Source of the DNA: an uncultured Clostridia bacterium
GTDB taxonomy: Bacteria; Bacillota; Clostridia; Christensenellales; UBA1242
Length of the DNA: 64,000 bases
Assembly (NCBI GenBank): GCA_937896905.1
Contig: CALBOE010000002.1
Location: 56,954-120,953, forward strand
Direction of reading: 5' to 3'
Under the pieces are notes generated by a model. The model made no database searches, was not told the DNA's origin, and worked only from the letters and a program-made list of their open reading frames with translations. Both the position numbers and the translations under genes were made by a program. This document shows positions 48,577-58,037 of this stretch, one piece after another (position 1 is the stretch's first letter; each line of letters starts with the position of its first letter).

Positions 48577-48765
48577 ATGGAAATTATTTTTAAACTTGCT
48601 GGCATTGGAATTATAACTTCTATGGTGAACCAAATTTTAAAGCATTTTGGCAAGGAAGAGATTGCGTCTATAACCACACTGGCAGGTTTGGTTATTAGCT
48701 TGCTTGTTGTTATAGATTTGGTTGAACAACTTTTCACAACAATAAAAAATTTATTTCTAATTTAA
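48577..48765 (+). CDS. spoIIIAC: Stage III sporulation protein AC
   Basis: Two-TM, about 62 aa. IFKLAGIGIITSMVNQILKHFGKEE resembles SpoIIIAC. ATG after the AGGTGA RBS (a GTG at 48568 is also possible). Confidence 0.8.
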   Translation: MEIIFKLAGIGIITSMVNQILKHFGKEEIASITTLAGLVISLLVVIDLVEQLFTTIKNLFLI

Positions 48766-48772
48766 GGATTTT

Positions 48773-49159
48773 ATGGCAGAACTAATTAAAATTATAGCCA
48801 TTGCATTGCTAACTGTGCTTTCAACAATGATTGTTAAACAAATTAAGCCTGAAATTGCAATGTTAATTACTCTTGCTGGCAGTATTTTAATTATAACAAT
48901 GACAGTTAACACTCTTAGTTCTGTTGTATCATATTTTTATGGAATTTTTAAAACAACAGGTGTAGATTCAAACTTGATTGCACCGCTTATTAAGATTATT
49001 GCAATTGGCTATATTGCCGAGTTTGGTGCAAACATTTGTGTTGATGCTGGGGCAAGCAGTTTGGCAGATAAAATTTTGTTTGTTGCAAAACTTGTGGTGC
49101 TTATGGTTGCATTGCCCATTGTAACAACCGTCATAAATATGATTATGGAGTTGTTATGA
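48773..49159 (+). CDS. spoIIIAD: Stage III sporulation protein AD
   Basis: IKIIAIGYIAEFGANICVDAGASSLADKI matches the SpoIIIAD core. Confidence 0.8.
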   Translation: MAELIKIIAIALLTVLSTMIVKQIKPEIAMLITLAGSILIITMTVNTLSSVVSYFYGIFKTTGVDSNLIAPLIKIIAIGYIAEFGANICVDAGASSLADKILFVAKLVVLMVALPIVTTVINMIMELL

Positions 49160-50367
49160 TTAGGCGAAAAGAAAAAAATAAAACTCTAACAATTATGCTT
49201 GTGGCAATTATTGCTATGTTTTCTGCTATAAGCCCTTTGCAAACCTTTTGTGCAACCAATGAAGTTGTGCAAATAAGCGAAGATTTAAACTCTTCGGTTC
49301 TAGACGAATTGAATCAAATTGATTTTTCTGGATTTAACGAAATTGTTGCAACGTTTCAAGAATCGGGTACTAATATTTTTGCCTTATCTAATGTTAAGGA
49401 TAAGGTTTACGACATTATATCTGGCAACAACGCAATTTCATACTCATCGCTACTAGCAACCATATTTTCGGGCATTATTGATATGTTTATTAGATATTTG
49501 CCCATATTGTCTATTATTGTGGCAATTGGAGTGATAAGCAATATGCTAAGCGGGGTTAAAAGCAAGTTTAACGAAAAATCAACTAACGATTTGATTAATC
49601 TTGTGTGCTTGTTTGCGGTTGTTATTTTGATTATTGGAGCAATAACAAGCATAACAAGCAGTGTAAATAAATCGGTTGGCAATATGGTTAATCAAATGAA
49701 CATTACCTTTCCAATTTTGTTAACCCTAATGATAGGGTTAGGGGCAAAAGCAAGTGTGGGAGTGTTTCAACCCATTGTGGCAATTTTAACTACTTATGTT
49801 GCCGATTTCTTTTCTTATTTTATTGTTCCGTTGTTTATGATAAGTTTTGTGTTTGGAATTATTTCCAACATATCAACGAGCGTTAAATTAGATAAGTTTA
49901 ATGCATTTATATCTAGCTTATTTAAATGGTCGGTGGGTTTGGTGTTCACACTCTTTTTTGCAGTTTTCACCATTCAAGGTATTTCAGCAGGAACATTCGA
50001 CAGTGTTAGCTTAAGAACCACCAAATACACAATTAAAAGCTATGTTCCTGTTATGGGTGGGTATTTAGCCGACGGAATGGATTTAATTATGGCAAGCACC
50101 ATTTTAATTAAAAACTCTGTTGGTTTGGTTGGTATATTGCTTATTGCTTCTACTATTCTTTCTCCTTTGCTAGAAATAATTATGTTTAGTTTGGTTTTAA
50201 AGCTGCTTTCGGCAATCTTGCAACCTATGGGCAACAGCCAAATTTCTAATTTTTTATCTAGCACGTCAAAGTCGGTTACAATGCTTTCTAGCAGTATTTT
50301 AGCGGTTGGGTTTATGTATTTAATTTCAATTGGGTTGATTATGACAACCAGCAATGTGGTGGTATGA
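49156..50367 (+). CDS. spoIIIAE: Stage III sporulation protein AE
   Basis: About 400-aa polytopic membrane protein with a signal sequence. Operon position and size. Confidence 0.8.
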   Translation: MIRRKEKNKTLTIMLVAIIAMFSAISPLQTFCATNEVVQISEDLNSSVLDELNQIDFSGFNEIVATFQESGTNIFALSNVKDKVYDIISGNNAISYSSLLATIFSGIIDMFIRYLPILSIIVAIGVISNMLSGVKSKFNEKSTNDLINLVCLFAVVILIIGAITSITSSVNKSVGNMVNQMNITFPILLTLMIGLGAKASVGVFQPIVAILTTYVADFFSYFIVPLFMISFVFGIISNISTSVKLDKFNAFISSLFKWSVGLVFTLFFAVFTIQGISAGTFDSVSLRTTKYTIKSYVPVMGGYLADGMDLIMASTILIKNSVGLVGILLIASTILSPLLEIIMFSLVLKLLSAILQPMGNSQISNFLSSTSKSVTMLSSSILAVGFMYLISIGLIMTTSNVVV

Positions 50368-50840
50368 TGAGCGGATATATTTTAAGTGTTTTAGGTATAG
50401 TTTTGGCGGGAGTTTTAATAGACATAATAATCCCTAATGGGGCAATTAACAAATATATTAAAAGCATTTATTCAATTTTCGTTGTGGCTGTGTTGCTAAG
50501 CCCAGCAATTAATTACATAAGCAAAGCAAAGAATATTACATTGCAATATCAAAACGTGCAAATTAACACACAACTTTTAAATCACATTGCAAAACAGCAA
50601 GTTTCTACTAAACAAAAAAATATTGAAAACGACCTTAAGCAGCAAGGCTTTAACGGAGTGAGCGTAATTCTTGAATATTCCTTAAAAAACGATGATATTA
50701 GCATAATTTCTTGCACAGTTAATTTGGAAAACTTGTCAATAAGCTCGTCCAACAAGCATATAAATAAATATGAATTCATAAGCAAGGTGGTGAATAATCA
50801 CACAAATCTAAATGGCGGAGAAATAGTGTTTAATGAGTGA
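50364..50840 (+). CDS. spoIIIAF: Stage III sporulation protein AF
   Basis: Two N-terminal TM segments. Overlapping starts and stops. Called from operon position. Confidence 0.65.
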   Translation: MMSGYILSVLGIVLAGVLIDIIIPNGAINKYIKSIYSIFVVAVLLSPAINYISKAKNITLQYQNVQINTQLLNHIAKQQVSTKQKNIENDLKQQGFNGVSVILEYSLKNDDISIISCTVNLENLSISSSNKHINKYEFISKVVNNHTNLNGGEIVFNE

Positions 50841-51282
50841 AAAAGAAAAAAAACCCACGTTCAAATGGCTTGAAAAATTAAAAAGGGTGAAGCATATTGA
50901 AATTTATGTTGCTGTAATTTTCGTGGTTATTTTGCTATTAATATATTTCTCTGGGGGCTCAAACAAAAAAAATGTGGAAACTTCGCCAGAAGCAAATGAA
51001 TTAACAATAACCGCTTATGTAAGCAATTTAGAAAGCAACCTTGAAAACATTTTATGTAACATTGGGGGTGTGTCGAATGTGAACATTATGATAACATTAG
51101 ATATGAGCCAAGCAACAGTGGAAAACTCGCAATTAACCCTAAACAAATTTCCACCCATTAAAGGTATTATTGTTACAGCAAAGGGGGTTAATAACACCAC
51201 AGCCAGAATGAAAGTGTTGCATGCAATACAAGCGGTTGTAGACGTTTCAAATGGAAGTATTGAAATTTTATGTAGTGATTAA
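50833..51282 (+). CDS. spoIIIAG: Stage III sporulation protein AG
   Basis: Single TM segment plus a ring-building-like C-terminus (GGVSNVNIMITL, IKGIIVTAKG). Operon position. Confidence 0.7.
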   Translation: MSEKEKKPTFKWLEKLKRVKHIEIYVAVIFVVILLLIYFSGGSNKKNVETSPEANELTITAYVSNLESNLENILCNIGGVSNVNIMITLDMSQATVENSQLTLNKFPPIKGIIVTAKGVNNTTARMKVLHAIQAVVDVSNGSIEILCSD

Positions 51283-51291
51283 GGAGGATTT

Positions 51292-51777
51292 ATGAAAACA
51301 TTAACAAAAAGAAAAAAAATTATAATTTTATCTGTAATGATTGCCTTATTGTTAGTAACCGGGTTTGTGAATGTGGCATTAAACAGTTCAATTTCTAGCG
51401 GAGTTACAACACAAACATCTGGGGCAACTGCAAATTTTTACGTAACCTACCGAACAGAACGAGAAGCAACCAGAACACAAGAAATTCAGTTTTACGACTC
51501 TATAATTGCAAGCGCAAGTTCGTCTGACGAAGCCAAACAAGAAGCAAGCGAAAATAAATTGAAATTGATTGCTCAAATGGAAAAGGAATTAGTAACAGAA
51601 GGGATAATTCGAGGCAAAGGGTTTTCAGATGCAATTGTAACCTCTTCTAGTTCAAACGTTAACGTTTTTGTTCAGTCGGCCGAATTAACTGGGGCAGAAG
51701 TGGCACAAATAACATCTGTGGTTACCGAACAATTAGGCGTAGAGATTGATAAAATTATTATTATTCCGTCAGAATAA
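51292..51777 (+). CDS. spoIIIAH: Stage III sporulation protein AH
   Basis: Single N-terminal TM segment and an extracellular domain. AAGGAGG RBS. Last gene of the operon. Confidence 0.65.
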   Translation: MKTLTKRKKIIILSVMIALLLVTGFVNVALNSSISSGVTTQTSGATANFYVTYRTEREATRTQEIQFYDSIIASASSSDEAKQEASENKLKLIAQMEKELVTEGIIRGKGFSDAIVTSSSSNVNVFVQSAELTGAEVAQITSVVTEQLGVEIDKIIIIPSE

Positions 51778-51806
51778 TTGCTAAATTAATTTCTTTGTGA
51801 TATAAT
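51778..51806 (+). promoter_or_regulatory. SigA-type promoter of asp23-nusB
   Basis: TTGCTA, 17 bp containing TGa, TATAAT. Confidence 0.6.
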
Positions 51807-51825
51807 AAACGCAGAGGGAATTATT

Positions 51826-52185
51826 ATGGCACAATTAAAAAATTTTAATGGCGATAGCGATACAATTGTAAATAAATCCATGGTGGTGTCTAGCATCACG
51901 CTTGCCACAAAAGAAATTGAAGGCGTTATAGATGTTTATAAATCTAAAAAACTTTTCTTTAGCAAGTTCTTTGACAAAAACGTTGGTAATGGCGTTAAAG
52001 TTAAATACACAAACTTAGGTGTGTTAATAGATATTTACGTAATTGTTGCGGCCGACTGCGAAGTTAACGACGTGGTGTATAGAATTCAACAAAACGTTAA
52101 AAACAGCCTTGCATCTTTGTTGCCAATAAACATTAAGGCAATTAACGTGCATATTAAAGATGCCGAAAAACGACCTCTCAAATAG
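51826..52185 (+). CDS. Asp23/Gls24-family (alkaline shock) protein
   Basis: Contains VVSSITLATKEIEGVIDV. Family size, and the typical position before nusB in sporeformers. Confidence 0.75.
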   Translation: MAQLKNFNGDSDTIVNKSMVVSSITLATKEIEGVIDVYKSKKLFFSKFFDKNVGNGVKVKYTNLGVLIDIYVIVAADCEVNDVVYRIQQNVKNSLASLLPINIKAINVHIKDAEKRPLK

Positions 52186-52243
52186 AGAGAGTTTTTCTGT
52201 TTTATGCAGAAGTTTTAAAGAAAAACCATATAAGGAGCACATA

Positions 52244-52615
52244 ATGAAAAGAACAGAAATGCGGGAATTGGCATTTAAAACCATATACTCTAAATTTTTC
52301 AACCAACAAGAAGATGACATTTTAGAAACGGCAGATAAAGATGGTTTAGAATTTGTTGGCAAAATTTTAAATCATTTTGCAAAAAACTATAATGAAATTA
52401 ACGAAACCATTTCATCTAAGTTGAAAGGTTACACTCTAGAAAGGGTTTATAAAATAGACCTTGCCATTATTATTTTGGCGGTTATTGAACTTAACTATGT
52501 TAAAGAAAATCCGAAACAGGTTATAATTAACGAAGCGGTGGAACTTGCAAAGAAGTTTTCAACCGAAAAAAGCCCTAAATTTATTAATGGCATTTTAGCA
52601 GACATAGTTAAATAA
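52244..52615 (+). CDS. nusB: Transcription antitermination factor NusB
   Basis: Start trimmed to MKRTEMRELAF after the AAGGAG RBS. INEAVELAKKF...FINGIL. Confidence 0.9.
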   Translation: MKRTEMRELAFKTIYSKFFNQQEDDILETADKDGLEFVGKILNHFAKNYNEINETISSKLKGYTLERVYKIDLAIIILAVIELNYVKENPKQVIINEAVELAKKFSTEKSPKFINGILADIVK

Positions 52616-53803
52616 ATGAAAGTTTTTACAGTTAGCCAAATCAATAGAATAATTAAAGATTTAATAGACAATGAGGTTGTGCTAGAAGATATTACTATAA
52701 CTGGCGAGTTGTCTAGTTTTTCTGTAACCAGAAACGTTGCATATTTCACGCTTAAGGATAATGACAATCTTTTAAGTTGTGTTCAATTTGGGGCAAAACA
52801 AGAATTCTGCGTTGGCGATATGGTTGAATGCAGAGGAAACATTAAATACTATCCCAAAGGTGGCAAACTTTCTTTGAATACTTTTTCTGTTCAATTGTGT
52901 GGGCAGGGGGAGTTATATCAACAATTCCTTAAAATGAAAGCAAAGTTACAAGAAGAGGGTTTGTTTAACGAAGAACATAAAATTCCACTGCCGAGATTTA
53001 TTTCTTCGGTTGGTGTTGTAACTAGCAAAACCGGTGCGGTGTTGCAAGACATTAAAAATGTTAGTTCAAGGCGAAATCCTAATTTAGACCTTTATGTATA
53101 TGATGCGCAGGTGCAAGGTAAGTATGCGGTTGCGCAAGTTATTGAGGGCATATCGTATTTTGACAATTTTACAGATGTAGATGTAATAATTGTTGCAAGA
53201 GGCGGTGGCAGTTTAGAAGATTTAATGCCTTTTAACGACGAAGAATTGGCAAGAGTGGCATTTTATTGTAACAAACCGCTAATTAGTGCAGTGGGGCATG
53301 AAACCGACTTTTCTATTTTAGATTTTGTTGCTGATTTGCGAGCACCAACACCAAGTGCGGCAGCAGAACTTGTAACATACAGTCAACAAGATGTTATTAA
53401 TTATGTTAAGGACCTTTTAAATGGCATTGCTAGCAGGGTTGAAACTAATTTTGAAAGCTTGCTTAACACGGTTAACTATTCAATGCTTAATATAGAAAGG
53501 CAAACAAACGAACTAATTGCGGACGAAAACCTATACATTCATTCATTGCTTAACAGAATGGATAAATCGATTGATAACAAATTAAACACAACAAAATACA
53601 GTGTTGATTTGGCAGTTAACACACTAGATAAACTAAGTCCAACAAAACTATTGATGAGCGGATATTCTTATGTTACGCAAAACAATAAACCAATAACCAG
53701 TTCTGTTAAGGTTGGAGATTTGGTGGAAATAACCACTCAAAACACAAAACTTAAAGCAGAAATTAAAGAAAAGGAGAAGTTTAATGTTAGAACAAAACGT
53801 TAA
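52616..53803 (+). CDS. xseA: Exodeoxyribonuclease VII large subunit
   Basis: N-terminal OB fold (VTGELSSFS...HAYFTLKD-like) and RGGGSLEDLMPFNDE. Confidence 0.9.
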   Translation: MKVFTVSQINRIIKDLIDNEVVLEDITITGELSSFSVTRNVAYFTLKDNDNLLSCVQFGAKQEFCVGDMVECRGNIKYYPKGGKLSLNTFSVQLCGQGELYQQFLKMKAKLQEEGLFNEEHKIPLPRFISSVGVVTSKTGAVLQDIKNVSSRRNPNLDLYVYDAQVQGKYAVAQVIEGISYFDNFTDVDVIIVARGGGSLEDLMPFNDEELARVAFYCNKPLISAVGHETDFSILDFVADLRAPTPSAAAELVTYSQQDVINYVKDLLNGIASRVETNFESLLNTVNYSMLNIERQTNELIADENLYIHSLLNRMDKSIDNKLNTTKYSVDLAVNTLDKLSPTKLLMSGYSYVTQNNKPITSSVKVGDLVEITTQNTKLKAEIKEKEKFNVRTKR

Positions 53804-53981
53804 AAGATTGGAAGAAATAACCAAAAGCTTGGAAGAAGGGCTGCCGCTTGACGAGAGTTTGAAACTCTACGAAGAAGGTTGCAAGTTGGCAAAAACCTGC
53901 TTAAAAGAGTTGGAAAAAGCCAAAGGGAAGATTATACTAATAAAAAAAGAATTTGAAGAAAAGGAAACGAACAATGGATAA
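53784..53981 (+). CDS. xseB: Exodeoxyribonuclease VII small subunit
   Basis: 65 aa. LEEITKSLEEGLPLDESLKLYEEG. Confidence 0.85.
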   Translation: MLEQNVKRLEEITKSLEEGLPLDESLKLYEEGCKLAKTCLKELEKAKGKIILIKKEFEEKETNNG

Positions 53982-55398
53982 ACAATTTGTAAATGATATT
54001 GCAGATATTAACACTAATTTTGCGCAATGGTACACAGACGTTGTGCTAAAAACTGATATGGTAGATTATGGCCCGGTTAAAGGCACAATGATTATTAAAC
54101 CTTATGGTTATGCCGTTTGGGAAAACATACAACACTATATGGACAAGGAATTTAAAAAAGTTGGCGTACAAAATGCTTATTTCCCACTATTAATTCCAGA
54201 AAGTTTTTTAATGAAAGAAGCGGAACACGTTGAAGGTTTTGCACCTGAGGTGGCAGTTGTAACCCATGCGGGCGGGGAAGAGCTTGCAGAAAAATTAATC
54301 ATTCGCCCAACCAGCGAAACCATTATTTGTGATAGTTTTGCAAAATGGATTAAATCGTATAGAGATTTACCAATGGTTATGAACCAATGGTGCAACGTTT
54401 TAAGGTGGGAAAAAACAACTCGACCATTCTTAAGAACAAGCGAGTTTTTGTGGCAAGAAGGGCACACTGTTCAAGCAACACCACAAGATGCCGAAAAAGA
54501 CACTCAAAAGATGCTTAAAATTTATGCCGACTGTTTGAAGAATTTAATGGCAATTCCAACTTTAACCGGCAGAAAAACAGAAAACGAAAAGTTTGCCGGC
54601 GCAGTTGCAACTTATGGAATGGAAGCCATTATGAAAGACGGCAAATGCTTGCAAGCAGGAACAACTCATGATTTGGGTCAAAACTTTGCAAAAGCAAGCG
54701 GAATTCGCTTTTTAAATGCTGAAGGTGAATTGGAATATGGTTACTCAACCAGCTGGGGAGTGTCAACTCGTTTAATTGGTGCGCTTGTTATGGTGCATGG
54801 TGATGAGCGTGGGTTAAGAATGCCACCAAATGTTGCTCCAATTCAAACGGTTATAATACCAATTGCCAGCAAGAAAGAGGGCGTGCTTGAAAAGTGTGAA
54901 GAAGTTAAATCTCAATTGGAAATGGCAGATTTGCGCATCAAACTAGACAATTCCAATAACACGCCAGGTTGGAAGTTTAACGAATATGAAATGAAAGGTG
55001 TTCCATTACGTTTAGAAATTGGCCCAAGAGATATCGAAAATGGCGTTGCAACAGCGGTAAGAAGAGACACTCACGAAAAAGTGCAACTTCAACTTAACAA
55101 CATTGTGGAAGAGGTTAAAAATCTTCTTGCAGACATTCAAAGCAATATGTATGCGCAAGCAGAAGAAAACCTAAATAAATCCATTGTTGAAACAAACGCT
55201 TATAACGAAATGGTGGATGCGGTTAATAACAAAAAGGTGGTGCTAGCATATCACTGCGGAAACAGCGATTGTGAAGAAGAAATTCGCCAAAATTCGGGCA
55301 TTAAAACTAGAGTTATTCACACCGACTCAAACGAAAACAAGTGCATTTACTGTGGCAAACCTAGCCGTTATCGTTTGTATTTTGGCAAACAATATTAA
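53974..55398 (+). CDS. proS: Proline--tRNA ligase (archaeal/eukaryote-like type with C-terminal Zn domain)
   Basis: Start trimmed to MDKQFV. Class II motifs (IRPTSET, FLWQEGHT). C-terminal CxxC...CIYC and a terminal Tyr. Confidence 0.9.
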   Translation: MDKQFVNDIADINTNFAQWYTDVVLKTDMVDYGPVKGTMIIKPYGYAVWENIQHYMDKEFKKVGVQNAYFPLLIPESFLMKEAEHVEGFAPEVAVVTHAGGEELAEKLIIRPTSETIICDSFAKWIKSYRDLPMVMNQWCNVLRWEKTTRPFLRTSEFLWQEGHTVQATPQDAEKDTQKMLKIYADCLKNLMAIPTLTGRKTENEKFAGAVATYGMEAIMKDGKCLQAGTTHDLGQNFAKASGIRFLNAEGELEYGYSTSWGVSTRLIGALVMVHGDERGLRMPPNVAPIQTVIIPIASKKEGVLEKCEEVKSQLEMADLRIKLDNSNNTPGWKFNEYEMKGVPLRLEIGPRDIENGVATAVRRDTHEKVQLQLNNIVEEVKNLLADIQSNMYAQAEENLNKSIVETNAYNEMVDAVNNKKVVLAYHCGNSDCEEEIRQNSGIKTRVIHTDSNENKCIYCGKPSRYRLYFGKQY

Positions 55399-55415
55399 AT
55401 TTTTGAAGGAGTTGA

Positions 55416-56413
55416 ATGATGATATTATTAACTGGTGGATTAGGGTATATAGGAAGCCACACTGCAGTGGAATTGCTAAATCGTGGCGAAGAGATAATCA
55501 TTGCGGACGATTTATCCAACAGCCAAATTGAGGTTTACGATAAAATTAAACAAATAACAGGTAAAAACTTTAAATTTGTTGAAGTTGATTTAAAAGACTA
55601 TAACAAAACAAGAGATTTATTTAAAGAAACAACATAGATGCCGTTATTCACTTTGCTGGATATAAAGCGGTGGGAGAGTCCGTTAACAAGCCAATTATGT
55701 ATTACGAAAACAATATAATGACCACCCTAAATCTTCTAAAATGCATGGAAGAATTTGGAGTTTGCAATTTTGTGTTTTCCTCTTCTGCAACAGTGTACGG
55801 CACCAACGAACAAATGCCGCTTAAAGAGGATTTCCCAACCGGGGCAACAAACCCTTATGGCAGAACCAAATTGTTTATTGAAGAGATACTAAAAGATGCC
55901 CACGTTGCTAACAAAAACTTAAATGTGGTAATTTTAAGATATTTTAACCCAATTGGAGCACACGAATCTGGCCTTATTGGCGAAAATCCTAATGGAATTC
56001 CAAACAACCTTATGCCATACATAACTAAGGTTGCAACAGGGAAGTTGAAGCAATTATCCATTTTTGGCAACGACTATCCAACCAAAGACGGCACAGGTGT
56101 TAGGGATTACATTCATGTTTGTGATTTAGCCTTAGGGCATGCTTTGGCGCTTAAAAAGCTTAAAGCAGACGGCGGTTTACATATTTATAATTTAGGCACA
56201 GGCAAAGGTTACAGCGTGTTAGAAATTGTTAACACCTTTAATGAGGTGAATGGCAATTTGGTTAAATATGTGTTTGCGCCAAGGCGACCTGGCGACATTG
56301 CCACTTGCTATGCCGACACAACCAAAGCAAAAACCGAACTAAATTTCACGGCAGAGCATACGCTTAAAGATATGTGTAAATCTAGTTACGAATTTGAAAA
56401 GAACAATAACTAA
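55416..56413 (+). pseudogene. galE: UDP-glucose 4-epimerase GalE, interrupted by a 1-nt frameshift near 55629-55632
   Basis: N-terminal part GGLGYIGSH...LFKETT-stop (55416-55637). It continues in the +2 frame as NIDAVIHFAGYKAVGES...YGRTK. One missing A in AAACAACAT restores a single ORF. Confidence 0.85.
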
Positions 56414-56427
56414 CATAAAGGAAAAGT

Positions 56428-56931
56428 ATGGCAAAATCGGATAAGCAACCTCAATATACAAAAAAGTTTTTTGGCTCTCACAGAGAAGCGATAGATGTTT
56501 TGGTTCAACTTGAAAAATGTGACCTTGTTTCTGGGTTAACGCCACAAGACGAGGCGGTGCAATTTTGTGTTAAAGTGCTAGAAATTTTAACGCAATCTCA
56601 AAAATTAAATTTTAAAGACGCCAAATTTTTGGCGGTGTATGATTCCTTGCTAAAATATTATGGCTGTGTAACATATAATCAAGCTAGTTCAAAGCATATT
56701 TTAATGCCAAGGGCAATGATGCGCGACACATTTGTTCCAAACAACATTCAATTTGCCTTGCATGTGTTTACAAAGTTGTTTAACGATGGCGCGCGTGGCT
56801 ATGATTTTATAATGAGCGAAGAGGGCAGTGCATTGCTAGATAAATGGTTAGAGATTCAATATAAAGCACACCCAGAACTTAAGCTCAAACCAAAACAGAG
56901 CGCAAATAATGAAAAAAGCACATCAATATAA
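56428..56931 (+). CDS. Hypothetical protein (167 aa)
   Basis: AAGGAAAAG RBS. Its terminator hairpin overlaps the stop. No family recognised. Confidence 0.6.
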   Translation: MAKSDKQPQYTKKFFGSHREAIDVLVQLEKCDLVSGLTPQDEAVQFCVKVLEILTQSQKLNFKDAKFLAVYDSLLKYYGCVTYNQASSKHILMPRAMMRDTFVPNNIQFALHVFTKLFNDGARGYDFIMSEEGSALLDKWLEIQYKAHPELKLKPKQSANNEKSTSI

Positions 56932-56942
56932 TGTGCTTTTTT
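56914..56942 (+). terminator. Intrinsic terminator of the 167-aa ORF
   Basis: AAAAGCACAT-caatata-ATGTGCTTTT followed by TT. The stop codon lies in the loop. Confidence 0.8.
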
Positions 56943-56971
56943 ATATAGCTTGTTTAAAAGGTTATATAAAA

Positions 56972-56996
56972 GAAAAAACACTTCATAGGGAAGTGC
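56972..56996 (-). terminator. Intrinsic terminator of rpsT (minus strand)
   Basis: 6-bp stem (GCACTTC/GAAGTG region) with T6 on the minus strand. Confidence 0.6.
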
Positions 56997-57002
56997 TTTT
57001 TG

Positions 57003-57257
57003 TTACTTGGTGTAAGAACTTAATCTAGATTTCTTTCTGTTAGCGGTTGCTTTTTGCATAATGCCTTTGCTTACAGCAGAATCGATATATGAGAAAGTTT
57101 CGCTTAATAGTTTAGCAGCGTTTTCGGTTTCTCCATTATCAACAGCAAGTTTATATTTTTTAACATAAGTTGCAATTTTAGATTTGTATGACTTATTTTC
57201 TAAAGCTTGCCTTTCAATAACATTAATGCGTTTTTTTGCAGATTTAATATTAGCCAT
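57003..57257 (-). CDS. rpsT: 30S ribosomal protein S20
   Basis: MANIKSAKKRINVIERQALENK matches the S20 family. GGAGG RBS. Confidence 0.95.
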   Translation of the reverse strand: MANIKSAKKRINVIERQALENKSYKSKIATYVKKYKLAVDNGETENAAKLLSETFSYIDSAVSKGIMQKATANRKKSRLSSYTK

Positions 57258-57351
57258 CTAAAAACCTCCATTTCAAGTCATAGTATAACAAATAACTTCA
57301 CAAATTGCAAGCGGTTTCACACAAAATTTTGCTAAAATCATAAATTATTAT

Positions 57352-58026
57352 ATGTTAAATAAATTAAAACCAACCTTGGCTATTGTTGATAGTGGATTTG
57401 GCGGAATTAGTGTTTTGCGAAGGTTTATAAAGAAGTATGGTTGTGGTAATTATATTTATTATGCAGATAATCAATTTATGCCTTATGGCACTAAGAATAA
57501 AGAAGTTTTAATTAACCGTTTAAACGAAATAATTGCAAAGTTGAATGAGCAATATAAACCAGATAAAATTATAGTTGCCTGTAACACTGCGTCCTGTGTT
57601 TTAATTGGCAACAAACCAGCAGAAAATGTGATTTTAATGCCGTTTAACAAACACAAAACCTATTTAACCACAACACTAACGGCAAAGCGGTTAACAAATA
57701 GCAAATGCATTCCCTTGAAAAATTTGGCAAAACTAATTGAAAGGAACCTAGAAAATAAAAACACTATACACAAAATTGTTAAAACCTATGTTAAACTCTA
57801 TAAATTATATAATTATAAGGAATTAGTGTTAGGGTGCACACATTTTGAATTGGTTGCCGACGAATTTAAGAAGATTTGCCCAAATACTTGTTTTGTTCAT
57901 AATTCGGATTTGCTTTTAAAAAACTTACATTTTTCACCAAAAGATAACGCCTTAACAGTGATGTTTTTAACTTCTAAATTAGACGAGAAATACGTTGAAA
58001 CTTTAAGAACTCTTGCTTTTAACTAA
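57352..58026 (+). CDS. murI: Glutamate racemase (short form)
   Basis: VDSGFGGISVL, catalytic Cys motifs ACNTAS and GCTHFELV. Only 224 aa. Confidence 0.8.
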   Translation: MLNKLKPTLAIVDSGFGGISVLRRFIKKYGCGNYIYYADNQFMPYGTKNKEVLINRLNEIIAKLNEQYKPDKIIVACNTASCVLIGNKPAENVILMPFNKHKTYLTTTLTAKRLTNSKCIPLKNLAKLIERNLENKNTIHKIVKTYVKLYKLYNYKELVLGCTHFELVADEFKKICPNTCFVHNSDLLLKNLHFSPKDNALTVMFLTSKLDEKYVETLRTLAFN

Positions 58027-58037
58027 ATAGTGCACCG

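Noticed and set aside
55271-55531. 86-aa ORF bridging the proS end and the galE start
   Set aside because: It is out of frame with both recognisable genes and has no independent signals.
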